Positions 36,981 to 47,418 of a stretch of 64,000 nucleotides of DNA are shown piece after piece. The stretch's first letter is position 1. Every line of letters starts with the position of its first letter. A program made the position numbers and the translations under genes. The notes beneath the pieces were generated by a model. It was given only the letters and a program-made list of their open reading frames with translations, was not told the DNA's origin and searched no databases. This DNA comes from Selaginella moellendorffii. Its lineage: Eukaryota; Plantae; Lycopodiophyta. The stretch lies in NCBI RefSeq assembly GCF_000143415.4, contig NW_003314267.1, positions 186,001 to 250,000 of the forward strand. The letters are read 5' to 3'.

Positions 36981-37595
36981 CAACCGTTAGATGTTAGATG
37001 TAGAATATCCTAGAATTTCCAGGCATATTTACTAGCATTCAGTCCCCTACACGTTTACTTAAGCAAACCAAAACATAATCTTGTGTTTATAAATTACAAA
37101 CATGCTTATAATTATAAATTTTATTTGATCAATTGGATTAATAAGTAAGAATAACACTTATTATTTAGCAAACCAAACATTGTTATATGCAATGCATAGC
37201 AATTAACAATTAGCAATTAGCCATAGAAGAGATGAGATTAGTAGAAATCTTTTAAATTTAAAAATATCATTTAAACTGCTGAATTAAAAAACCACATATT
37301 TAACTAATAAAAAATAAATTATGTACTAAAAATAAATAATTTATTTATTTAATATATTAATTTTTATTATTATTTTAGACTGAACATCTAAAACATATTA
37401 TATAAATTTGTTTATGATACCTTTATGTTAATTCTTACATACCTGCATATTTGTTTAAAAAATTTGAAATATAAAGTGAAATTCACATATCAAAGTAACA
37501 TTTACGAAGACGAGTGAACTCAGTTGACTAGTGTAGACTACAGCGACTGCACTAGCCTCATATATATATATATAAACTTTGTTGGAAAGTGGAAC

Positions 37596-38933
37596 TCACA
37601 AGCCTTGGACGAGACCAAGGTTGAGCGTGTCACGGACCATAAGAACAATCCCCAGTGCGAGTATGAGCAAGATCCCCGACGACATGATCCCCTGTTCTAT
37701 CTTGTCGGGCAGCTTCTTCCCACCCCTCAGCGCCTCTAGCGCGATCAAAGCCAGATAGCCTCCGTCCAGCGCCGGGAGTGGCAAGATATTCACCACTGCC
37801 AGATTCAAGTTGAGCAGCGCTGCGAACTGGAACAGCCCTGCAACGTCCGACCTCGCAACCTCGGCCCCCACCGCAACAATGGCCACCGGGCCCGAGACTT
37901 TGTCCGCTGTTTGAGCGAAGTTCACCACCACCTGCGCCAATCCCTCCACGACTTTGCTGCCCAGCTTCCAAAACTCGCGGCTAGCTTGCACGGTGGCGTC
38001 CGCCAGATCTCTGGCCTTCACCCGGAAGGTCTGGATGTTTGGCGAGAGCTGGACGCCGATCCTTCCATACCCATCCTTGCTCCTGTCCGGGAAGATGTCC
38101 ACGGTCACTGCCTCTCCTCTGCGCTGGAGCAGCATCTGGATCTTCTTTCCCGGCCGCTGCTTGATCACGTCCACGATCTGCATTACCGAGCGCTCGTCAC
38201 TGCGGACTTCCTGGCCGTCGAGCGCGAGGATCACGTCGGCTGGCCGGACCCCGGCTCTAGCTGCGGCCGAGCTCGCGTAAACCTCCGGGACGACGACCCC
38301 CGGCAGGATCTTTTGCTGGAGGAGCCCCACCGTGAGCGTCTGGGTGAAGAGGAGCGTGTAGGCGAAGACGATGTTTGCGAAAACGCCCGCGGACATGACG
38401 AGAACTCTGTCCAGGATGGGCCTGTTCTTGAGCAAGTCGGGATCCTCGGGCGAGAACTCGCTGTCTGGATTGTCGTCCGGGAAGCCCACGTAGCCGCCCA
38501 GCGGAATCGCCCGGATCGAGTACTCCACCTCTTTTCTCTGGAAGGTGGCCAGCTTCGGCCCAAATCCAATAGAGAACTTGCTAACATGGATGTTTTGGAG
38601 CCTGGCCGCGAGGAAATGCCCGGCCTCGTGAACGAGGATGATCACTGTGAGAACTCCCACCGCCTGGAGGACCGATTCCGGGCCTTCTAGTCCTGTTCCC
38701 CCTAGCGCCGAGAAGGCTGGAGGAATTGCCAAGAGCTTCTTCCCGATTCTCCCATGCCGGGACGAAGAGGAATTGATAATTAGCTGCCGCCGCTGCGAAT
38801 CCCTGCGATCTTCTGTGGGATTGAGCCTCGCGACTAGAATCCTGGTGATCGTCCGGGTCTTTCTCGTGAGAATCGTTCTGGATTGCTGCCTGTGCGGGTG
38901 AAGGAAACTGCCTGTTCCATCTAGCAGCGCCAT
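37596..38933 (-). CDS. ARASP: Chloroplast M50 site-2 metalloprotease (ARASP/RseP) with PDZ domain
   Basis: HEAGH zinc motif, FSIGFGP, IPLGGYV, PDZ, NILPLPALDGG; transit-peptide-like N-terminus. Confidence 0.93.
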   Translation of the reverse strand: MALLDGTGSFLHPHRQQSRTILTRKTRTITRILVARLNPTEDRRDSQRRQLIINSSSSRHGRIGKKLLAIPPAFSALGGTGLEGPESVLQAVGVLTVIILVHEAGHFLAARLQNIHVSKFSIGFGPKLATFQRKEVEYSIRAIPLGGYVGFPDDNPDSEFSPEDPDLLKNRPILDRVLVMSAGVFANIVFAYTLLFTQTLTVGLLQQKILPGVVVPEVYASSAAARAGVRPADVILALDGQEVRSDERSVMQIVDVIKQRPGKKIQMLLQRRGEAVTVDIFPDRSKDGYGRIGVQLSPNIQTFRVKARDLADATVQASREFWKLGSKVVEGLAQVVVNFAQTADKVSGPVAIVAVGAEVARSDVAGLFQFAALLNLNLAVVNILPLPALDGGYLALIALEALRGGKKLPDKIEQGIMSSGILLILALGIVLMVRDTLNLGLVQGL

Positions 38934-39152
38934 CGCCAGCTCCAGCGCTCCGAGAACCGAGCAGCGCTTACCTAGAAATGCGCGAGTGGATCCATCCTCT
39001 TTCTCTCGCAGTGAAGAACCCTAGAACGATGCTGGCACAAGGGGGAATATGCGCGTGGAAGAACCACAGCCTCAGAAGAGGGATATTATTCACGCGAAAA
39101 TTCGAAAAAATGCGGGAATTTGTAGGTTAGGGTTTTAGTCCGCAAGAGAGCG

Positions 39153-41984
39153 ATGGCGCTGGAGGTCCCCTCCATCGCCGTCGCCTCCAGTAGCAGGAGC
39201 TCTCAATCCTTCGACAAGGCAGCGTTCGCGGCACAGATCCGGCAATGCGCTGCATCGCGATCGCTCCCCGACGCACGGCGCCTGCATTCCGCGATCGCCG
39301 AGGCCGGCGGCGACGATCGCGAGACCTTCCTGGGGAATCTCATCGTCCAGATGTATGGCAAGTGTGGGAGCTTGGAGGACGCGGCAATGGCGTTTGAGCG
39401 GCTGGAGAGGAGGAATGTGTTCTCGTGGAGTATTTTCATCCAAGCGCACGTCCACAATGGCGAGAACGATCGAGCTCTTCAGATCTTGAGGTACATGGAT
39501 TTGAGTGGCGTCAAGCCCGACACTGTGACTTTCATCAGCGTTCTTAGTGCTTGTACCAATGCTCGTTCCTTGTCGCAGGGCAAGGGAGCGCACGAGAGAA
39601 TGCGAGCTACGGGGCTGTGCTGCGGGGAATTCGTGGGTAATTCTCTCCTCAACATGTATGGGAAGTGTGGGGGTGTGGAGGAGGCCAGAGAGTTTTTCGA
39701 GAGCATGACGCACAGGAACGTTATCTCGTGGTCGACCATGGTTGCAGCATATGCCCAGAGAGGAGATCACGACCAAGCGCTGGTTTTGTTCCAGAAGATG
39801 GAGGAAGAAGGCGTAGAGCCAAACGAGGTAACTTTTCTCAGCGTTTTGGATGCGTGTGCTAACGCAGAGGCTGTAGAGCAAGGCGAGATGATCCACCGGC
39901 TGGCGGCAAGGAAGAAGCTGGACGTCGGCCTCATCGTTGGAACTGCGCTGGTGGGGATGTACGGGAAGTGTAGCCGGCTGATCGAAGCGAGACAGGTGTT
40001 TGACGGTATCGTGGAGAAAGACGTGGTGACTTGGAGCACCATGATCTCGGCCTATGCCCAACTTGGTCATGTCCGAGAAGCGATCCAACTCTTCGGGTAT
40101 ATGAACTTGGACGGTGTAAGGCCCAACGAGATCATCCTCATGAGCATTCTCGGGGCGTGCTCTAGCGCCGGTGCTCTAGCTGAAGGCAAGATGACACATG
40201 AACTCGTTGTCATCTGTGGATTTGGAGCAGACGTCTCCACTGGGAACACACTTATTAAGATGTACGGTAAGTGTGGAGACTTGGCATCTGCGAAGGCCGT
40301 GTTTGGAGGGATGGAGAGAAGGGACTTGATCTCCTGGTCGGCAATGCTGGCGGTCATTGCCGAGCACGGGCACTGCAAAGACGCTTTTGTTCACTTTCGG
40401 AGGATGGATCTAGAGGGTGTGAAGCCGGACTACGTGACTTTCGTCAGCTTGCTGGACGCCTGCTCTCTCTTGGGTGCCTTGGTCGAGGGGAACGTAATCC
40501 ACACACGGATAAGAGCCGAAGGTTTTCAGTCGGTGATGTATATCGAGAATTCCCTCATCGACATGTATGGGAAGTGCGGGAGTTTACAGGCTGCCAGAGG
40601 GATCTTCGACCGTATGAGTCACAGAAACGTGATTACCTGGACTACGATGATCACGGCGTGCGTCCAGCACGAGCAAGGGAAAGAAGCTCTTGAGTTATTT
40701 GAGGAGATGGAGAAGGCGGGTGTGGCTCCGAATGCAGTGACTTTGGTAGCCGCTTTAGATGCGTGCTGCATCTCTGGGGCTTTGGACGCGGGAAGGGAAA
40801 TCCATGCAAGGATATCTGCGAGTGGGATCGAAACAGACAGGATATTGACATCGCTCGTCGACATGTACGGGAAGTGTGGGAGTTTAGAGGATGCGAGGAC
40901 GGTTTTTGAGAAGATCAAGGGACGAAGGTGTGTTCCTGCCTGGAACGCGATTATCCGGGCTCATGCAGAGAACGGCCATGGTCAAGTCCTTCAACACTAT
41001 CGCCGCATGAACCTGGAAGGACTAACGCCAGATGACATCACTTTCACGACAGTTCTTACTTCCTGGTCAGACTTCGGCAATCTCAACGAAGTGAAAGAAG
41101 TCCATCATCAACTTCGAGCCGGTGGCTACGAGTCCGATCTCATACTCGCGACAGCGCTCGTCCACATTTACGGGAAACTCAAGAGTCTCGAAGATGCCAG
41201 GTTTTTGTTCGACCGAACGGCAAACAAAGACGTGGTTATCTGGAACGCAATGCTGGGTGCCTACGCGAGCCAGGGCCTCGGGAAGGACGCGCTGGAGCTC
41301 TACTCAGAGATGGATCTAGCACCAAACGACACCACCTTTATAAGCGTCCTGGAGGCGTGCGCCAGCACTGGCTCCATCCACAAGGGCCGCGCAGTCTACT
41401 CACGTATCACAGAAGCTGGATTCGACTCCAACGTCCAAGTCGCTACCTCACTGGTGTACATGTTTGGGAAGTGTGGGAAGCCAGAAGAAGCGAGGCTTGT
41501 CTTCGACAAGATGCGCGAGAAGACGGTGGTTTCATGGACGGCCATGGTCGCAGCCTACGCGCAGCAGGGCCACGGAGCGCAGGCACTGGAGCTGTTTCAA
41601 GAGATGGATCTGGAAGGAGTCCAGCCCGATCAAGTGGCCTTCTTGAGCATCATCCATTCGTGCAGCCACTCGGGCCTGGTGGAGGAGGGGCGGATTTACT
41701 TCCTCAAGATGGTGGAGGACCAAAGCTTTACGCCAGGGGTGGAGCACTTTGTGGGGATGCTCGACTTGCTTGGGAGATCTGGGAAGCTCAACGAGGCTGA
41801 GGAGCTGATGGAGTTCATGCCAGTGGAGCCGGGTGTTGTCGGCTGGAACACGCTGCTGTCGGCCTGTAAGACGCACAACGACACAGAACGAGCTGGTCGG
41901 GTTGCTGGTGGCATGCTTGTGCTCGGGCCGGGCCATGCGGGACCGTATGTATCATTCTCCAACATCCTTTCTGGTAAAGGTTAG
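39153..41984 (+). CDS. PLS-class pentatricopeptide repeat protein ending in an E-type domain, no DYW
   Basis: Repeated MYGKCG / SW(T/S)TM / PDxVTF triplets; ends EHFVGMLDLLGRSGKL..WNTLLSACKTH..GPYVSFSNI. Confidence 0.95.
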   Translation: MALEVPSIAVASSSRSSQSFDKAAFAAQIRQCAASRSLPDARRLHSAIAEAGGDDRETFLGNLIVQMYGKCGSLEDAAMAFERLERRNVFSWSIFIQAHVHNGENDRALQILRYMDLSGVKPDTVTFISVLSACTNARSLSQGKGAHERMRATGLCCGEFVGNSLLNMYGKCGGVEEAREFFESMTHRNVISWSTMVAAYAQRGDHDQALVLFQKMEEEGVEPNEVTFLSVLDACANAEAVEQGEMIHRLAARKKLDVGLIVGTALVGMYGKCSRLIEARQVFDGIVEKDVVTWSTMISAYAQLGHVREAIQLFGYMNLDGVRPNEIILMSILGACSSAGALAEGKMTHELVVICGFGADVSTGNTLIKMYGKCGDLASAKAVFGGMERRDLISWSAMLAVIAEHGHCKDAFVHFRRMDLEGVKPDYVTFVSLLDACSLLGALVEGNVIHTRIRAEGFQSVMYIENSLIDMYGKCGSLQAARGIFDRMSHRNVITWTTMITACVQHEQGKEALELFEEMEKAGVAPNAVTLVAALDACCISGALDAGREIHARISASGIETDRILTSLVDMYGKCGSLEDARTVFEKIKGRRCVPAWNAIIRAHAENGHGQVLQHYRRMNLEGLTPDDITFTTVLTSWSDFGNLNEVKEVHHQLRAGGYESDLILATALVHIYGKLKSLEDARFLFDRTANKDVVIWNAMLGAYASQGLGKDALELYSEMDLAPNDTTFISVLEACASTGSIHKGRAVYSRITEAGFDSNVQVATSLVYMFGKCGKPEEARLVFDKMREKTVVSWTAMVAAYAQQGHGAQALELFQEMDLEGVQPDQVAFLSIIHSCSHSGLVEEGRIYFLKMVEDQSFTPGVEHFVGMLDLLGRSGKLNEAEELMEFMPVEPGVVGWNTLLSACKTHNDTERAGRVAGGMLVLGPGHAGPYVSFSNILSGKG

Positions 41985-42344
41985 TTTAAAGGAAATGGAA
42001 AAGTGGTGTAATTGCAAATTTCAAGAAATTTCAAGAGGAGAAACGCTACAAGAGCCAAGTTTCAGATTGATCCTCTGCAAAGACAAAGTGAAACATCCAT
42101 TATTATTGTTGGATCTAGCATAGTGAAGGACAAGTTCGTCGCATGCTTCTGCCGTACCACCTCTGTCGTTAGCCGAAGGCACGGCACGGGGTCTGCGCAG
42201 TCGTTGGTCTTCGGTCTTGGGTCAGTTTAGACATTGGGCCATCAATTTCGAAATATTTTGACCTTGCATCTTGGTTATCTACGGTGCTAGCAATCTAGAA
42301 CGTATGCATGAGACATAAATAGCCGTAAGAAAAGAAAAGGAATC

Positions 42345-43969
42345 ATGGCTTGTTACATTTGTTCTTATGCTTGCTATCATGAATTTGTGCAGGAATCAGC
42401 CATGTTCAGAGCAACGATTTTATCATACTCTTAAAATGCAACAGGACCAAGCACTCTCTGATTGGAATGTATCAAACAGCCACAACTTTTGCCAATGGTT
42501 CCTCACAACAGTGTAATTTCCCTACCTCAATGGCACAGTTTCTCCTGCTCTGAGAAACCATGCTGCAGAAGTGCAAGCAGTCTACCTTCAGCGGAATCTG
42601 AGGCATCTCAGGCTCTCTCAGGTTCTCTCACAACAACTTCCAAGGCATCTTTGATTCATTTCTCACCTGCACTGGACTTGTCAACAATTTTTACTGGAAG
42701 AGTTTCACCTCAGGATGTGTATTTCAAACACCTCACCTGGAAAACAATCTTTCAGGAGGTAAGCATATTTGTTAAATGAATATGGTTTGTTAAACCCTTA
42801 ACTCAAGATTCTTGCTGCTCTATCCAAGTGCACAAAACTGCAGCATTTGGATTTCAGCCAACGAGCTACAGGACAGTCAGATCACACAATTGGGACCATT
42901 GCAGATTCCTTGATCTCAATAGCACTGGGATATCTGGAGCAGTGCCTGAACATCTGAATGCCTTCTGGCCAGAGCTAAGGATACAACTCTCCGGTAACAA
43001 GCTCTTAGGTGGCGTTCCTTCAAACTGGAGTTTTTCGACCAGCATCAAAAGGATTGACATCTCACTAATGGTCCCATTCCTACAAATTGGAGCAAGAGCC
43101 TCAGATGGCTGGACCTCTCTCACAATAACTTTGAAGGAACAATCCCAGATTTCTGCTCCAAGGGATCTGCTGCAGAACTTGAGTACGTATGTGAAATAAC
43201 TTGTCTGGCGAGATACCATCCATAGGCACGTGCCCTAAACTCCAGTCTTTGCAACTGTGCTACAACACCTTGCATGGCCACCTTCCTTTGGATCTTAATA
43301 ACTGCTTGGCCCTTCGAGAGCTCAAAACCGACCAGAACAACCTGGAAGGCGAGATATTCCGAAACTTCCCCAGATTTACGATATCCACGCAAATCCCTGC
43401 CAACTTATCATCCTCCAGATTATCGTCAACGTCACGCATTCCATAGGCAGTATGCAGCTGCTGGTCCTATCAATGGCATTCAACAACTTGCGCTGCATGG
43501 CCAACCTTGCAAACCTCCACATCCCCAATCTCTCAAACAACTATCTTACAGGTACATTGCATAATTTAACCAGATTCACCGATATGTTGTTGGTGGATCT
43601 TTCACACAATCGCTTGCATGTCTTATTCCTTCAAGCATTGCAGAGCTTCAACTGAGTAGCTTTAGTGTGGTGGACAACAACTTGAGTGGGAAAATTCCCA
43701 CAGCCAATGTCTTCAACACAAATTTTAAGCTAGTTTGAGGGAAATCCAGGGTTGCATAGATGCCTAAATTGTTTTTTGTTGGTGTGCAATCTAATCCAAA
43801 TGACCTTCAGAAGGATGCCAATGCAAGCAATAATAGTGATTGTTTCCTACTTTTAGCTTTTATTTGGCTGCTATGGTGGCATTTTGTACGACTCTTTGTG
43901 CCTTATTGGGACATCACTCATAAATTTCTTGGCTACATGCCCACCTTTTGCAAACTGGAAATGTGGTGA
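42345..43969 (+). pseudogene. LRR receptor-like protein pseudogene
   Basis: LRR fragments (LSGNKLLGGVP, LCYNTLHGHLP, LSNNYLTG, VDLSHNRL, EGNPGL) scattered across frames with stops. Confidence 0.8.
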
Positions 43970-44189
43970 CATTTGCTCAACTTCAATCCTAATAATTTAA
44001 TTAAATTTTTAGATATCACATTGTGCATAACTCTTATATCAATTATCACTCAAATTTGGTGTCCATGGATAAAACATATAAGGTGTATTAATGGATTAAT
44101 GCTAAGAAAAACTTAAAGAAAATAACTCACTTCCTTTTCCTTATGGCATTGCCAGTAAATTAGGGATCACAATATGATGCTCCAAGCAT

Positions 44190-44520
44190 TTTCTAACACT
44201 GGAAGCTGGAAGATACTAAAAGGATCTTCCACGCAATGCCCTAGTGAGACTGGTGATGGTGGACATATGCAATGCAGCCACCCACGTGCAGTACGGCAGA
44301 TTCTAGGGGAGATGCCTGAGTGGAATATTGTGTCATGGACAGCTATGATTCACAGGTATGTAATGTCCACCTGTGTTAGAATGATTCCATCTTGTGGAAC
44401 ACTATGATCCAATTGTGTGCATGGCCAATGGGAGACTGTACTAGAGCTCTCCCATTTGAGTCTGTACAAATGGGAGACAGACTGATGCATTGTACACGTG
44501 GTGGCATGTAGCGAGTGGAT
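44190..44520 (+). pseudogene. PPR gene fragment
   Basis: EMPEWNIVSWTAMI motif amid frameshifts. Confidence 0.5.
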
Positions 44521-44758
44521 CTGTGATACTATGTCATACTCTGGATTGACTTTGAATGGGCCCTTTGAGTCATTTCTTTTTTGTTTTCTTCACTAGACTC
44601 GTTGTTGACACGGCAATTGTTATATTTGACAGCAGAAATTTCTTGTGAATACTTTGAATATGCAGTAAAGATTGACTTCCTTCTGCTTTTTCTTTTTGAC
44701 TCACATATGGTGTAAGTGTTGTTTATAAGTCCGTGAAATATTGGAAAACACTGAAGTC

Positions 44759-46969
44759 ATGTTTGCCTTGATTTGTTTTCTCTGTTTTCTTACAGTTGTA
44801 GCGAATACAAAAGACACTGACACATTGTGGCGCTTCCAAAATGCTGTTGTTGATCATTCAAAAACTCTGAAGTCTTGGAATGGGAACCAAAGCACTCCTT
44901 GCAAGTGGGATGGTGTAACTTGTTCTGAGAAAGGTCGGGTGATTGAGCTTAGCCTCCAATCCTTAGAACTATCCAGTTCTCTTCTTGCGACCACAATCCA
45001 GGAGTTGGGATGTCTTCAGGAAATGCATTTATATCAGAGTCTTTTCACAGATACATTGGAAGGGATATCTTTGCAATCTTACTCTTTAAGAGTGCTCAAT
45101 ATCTCCAGAAATCAGCTCACTGGAAGTTTTCCAACTGAGCTCCTTGGCAATTGTCCACACTTGACTCGGCTTGATCTCTCGCATAACCAGCTCAATGGCA
45201 CAATTTCATCAGAGCTGAATTGCAAGAGTTTTGAGTATCTGGATCTTTCAAGCAATCAATTCACAGGAAGAATACCATCACAATTGATCAAAACTTGCAC
45301 CAATTTGCAAAATATTTCACTTTCTGATAACAAGTTCTCTGGCACATTTTCCCTTTATGATTCCAACAAAGTTCATACGCTCAACCTGGCAGGAAATAGA
45401 TTCTCCACATTTCAAATCCACTCAGATGAGGCATGCAAGAATCTAATTGAGCTGGATATTTCCTCCAACAACATCTCTGGAAAACTTTTCCATGGACAAG
45501 CTAAGTGTTCTTCACTCAGACTGCTTAAATTCTTTTCCAACTCATTCTCAGGGACATTCATAGAACTTCTAGGCAGTCCAAGCTTAAGCAAGAACTTCTT
45601 ACCATCTCTTGAGCTTCTGGATGCAAGCTATAATCGTATTTCTGGTGAAGTTTTGGGAATCCATGACAGACTTCTCTTTCTGAATCTCAGCTCCAATAAT
45701 CTCAATAACACTCAAAACAATGTGTGCTCTTTATCATCTCCTTCCAGACTCAAAAGCCTACTATTGCCAAACAATAAGCTTGTTGGTGGAATTCTTTACT
45801 CTGTACTGAGTTGCACTAGTCTGGAGATGCTGGATTTGAGTTTCAATACATTGAGTGGAAACATACCAGTGACACTCTGCAACAAGCTTCCACGCCTCCG
45901 CCACCTTCTTGCATGGGTGAACAAACTTCAAGACACCATTCCATCCAGTCTTGCAATGTGCTCCAACTTGACCACAATAATCTTAAGTTACAACATGCTC
46001 GAAGGAGTCATTCCTCCAGAGCTCTCACGGCTTCAGAATTTGAATTGGCTATCTCTCAGCAGCAACAGGCTTATCGGAAGCATTCCCTTGTCTTTCGAGG
46101 AGCTGAATCAAATCCAAACTCTGCAACTTAGCAATAACTCTTTACAAGGTGATATACCTTTGGGCTTGTCCAAGAACAAGAATCTGCTTATGGTGGACTT
46201 GAGTAACAACTATTTCTCTGGAAGAGTTCCTGCTCGTATTGGCCGAAACGTAACGAGAGAGCTAGTGTTTGGGAAGAATTTTGTTACTGATACCGATTTG
46301 GGGAACTGCAAATTGTTGGAGGTTCGACAATCTCATTGCAAGATGGATAATATGTTGGAGATGCAAGGAATTCTTTTAGAAGATTTGAAGAAGCGTTTAA
46401 ACACTCTGGTTCATCCAGAGTGCTCCTGGACGATATTGCTATATGGTAGTCATTTCAAGATGGAGGTTTCAAGCGCCATGGTGCTGGATTTGTCACACAA
46501 CAATCTAAGCGGCCAGATCCTGGCAAGCATTGGTGACATGCGCAGTCTACTCAAGATGGATCTTTCTCATAACTTCCTATCAGGCCCAATTCCAGAGTCC
46601 ATGGGAAATCTTGATAACATCCAGACCTTGGATATTTCTGAGAACTCATTGAGCGGAACGATTCCAGGCTCTCTTACTTTGCTGAACACTCTCTTCAGCC
46701 TGAATGTTTCCTACAACAATCTATCAGGCTTGATTCCTCAGGGAGGCCAGCTTACAACTTTTCAAAGCAGCAGCTATGAAGGCAATCCAGGATTGTATGG
46801 CTCTCCTCTTACTTACAATCACACGTCTTCAAGGAATTCCACCACAGCAGAGGAGAAGACCCAAGAGGTTGATGGAAGGGACGAGGAACTTCTAGCTGGA
46901 GCTTTGCTATTTGTCATATCTTTTGTAGTAGCTACAATCATAGTGACATTCAAACTAAAATTTAAATAA
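44759..46969 (+). CDS. LRR receptor-like protein with BRI1/BRL-like ectodomain and island domain, TM, no kinase
   Basis: Signal peptide, PCKWDGVTC cap, ~20 LRRs, ~75-aa island, terminal LRRs, IPQGGQLTTF..YEGNPGL, acidic juxtamembrane, TM, KLKFK stop. Confidence 0.9.
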   Translation: MFALICFLCFLTVVANTKDTDTLWRFQNAVVDHSKTLKSWNGNQSTPCKWDGVTCSEKGRVIELSLQSLELSSSLLATTIQELGCLQEMHLYQSLFTDTLEGISLQSYSLRVLNISRNQLTGSFPTELLGNCPHLTRLDLSHNQLNGTISSELNCKSFEYLDLSSNQFTGRIPSQLIKTCTNLQNISLSDNKFSGTFSLYDSNKVHTLNLAGNRFSTFQIHSDEACKNLIELDISSNNISGKLFHGQAKCSSLRLLKFFSNSFSGTFIELLGSPSLSKNFLPSLELLDASYNRISGEVLGIHDRLLFLNLSSNNLNNTQNNVCSLSSPSRLKSLLLPNNKLVGGILYSVLSCTSLEMLDLSFNTLSGNIPVTLCNKLPRLRHLLAWVNKLQDTIPSSLAMCSNLTTIILSYNMLEGVIPPELSRLQNLNWLSLSSNRLIGSIPLSFEELNQIQTLQLSNNSLQGDIPLGLSKNKNLLMVDLSNNYFSGRVPARIGRNVTRELVFGKNFVTDTDLGNCKLLEVRQSHCKMDNMLEMQGILLEDLKKRLNTLVHPECSWTILLYGSHFKMEVSSAMVLDLSHNNLSGQILASIGDMRSLLKMDLSHNFLSGPIPESMGNLDNIQTLDISENSLSGTIPGSLTLLNTLFSLNVSYNNLSGLIPQGGQLTTFQSSSYEGNPGLYGSPLTYNHTSSRNSTTAEEKTQEVDGRDEELLAGALLFVISFVVATIIVTFKLKFK

Positions 46970-46976
46970 TGCATGA

Positions 46977-47000
46977 AAGCTCTATTTCGTTAAAGTGGGA
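46977..47000 (+). repeat. Left TIR
   Basis: Exact reverse complement of 59544-59567. Confidence 0.95.
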
Positions 47001-47418
47001 ATTGTCATTATCCCACTTGTAAAATAAGGTTTCCAAACCTTTATATAGTATATAAATATAACAAAATTCAATTGCATTGAGGCACATGCCATTTTATTTT
47101 AAACAAGGAAATGTCTACTCAATCACTTCTCCTCCCCTTGCCACTGCTTCACCTCTCTCTTCTCCTTGTCATCGTCGTCCAATTTCTTTCCATCCTTTTA
47201 ATATTGGCTCAGTTGCTCCGAGTCTAGGTGGAGCCCAAGTCCCCATTCAATCTTTACTTTCCCCTTATTAATAAAACAACTTCGTAGACTTCCAATAACA
47301 TGTTGTAACACTTCTAGTATAATGCAAATCCTCTCAAAGAATTGTCTTTTAATATTAATACAATGGCATGGAACCCCATGCCATAATAAGTTACATTTTT
47401 AAATAAATACATGCCATC

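Noticed and set aside
37911-41965. Long antisense ORFs opposite ARASP and the PPR gene (also opposite DRP4C and gag)
   Set aside because: Shadow ORFs expected from GC-rich codon usage; no recognisable motifs.
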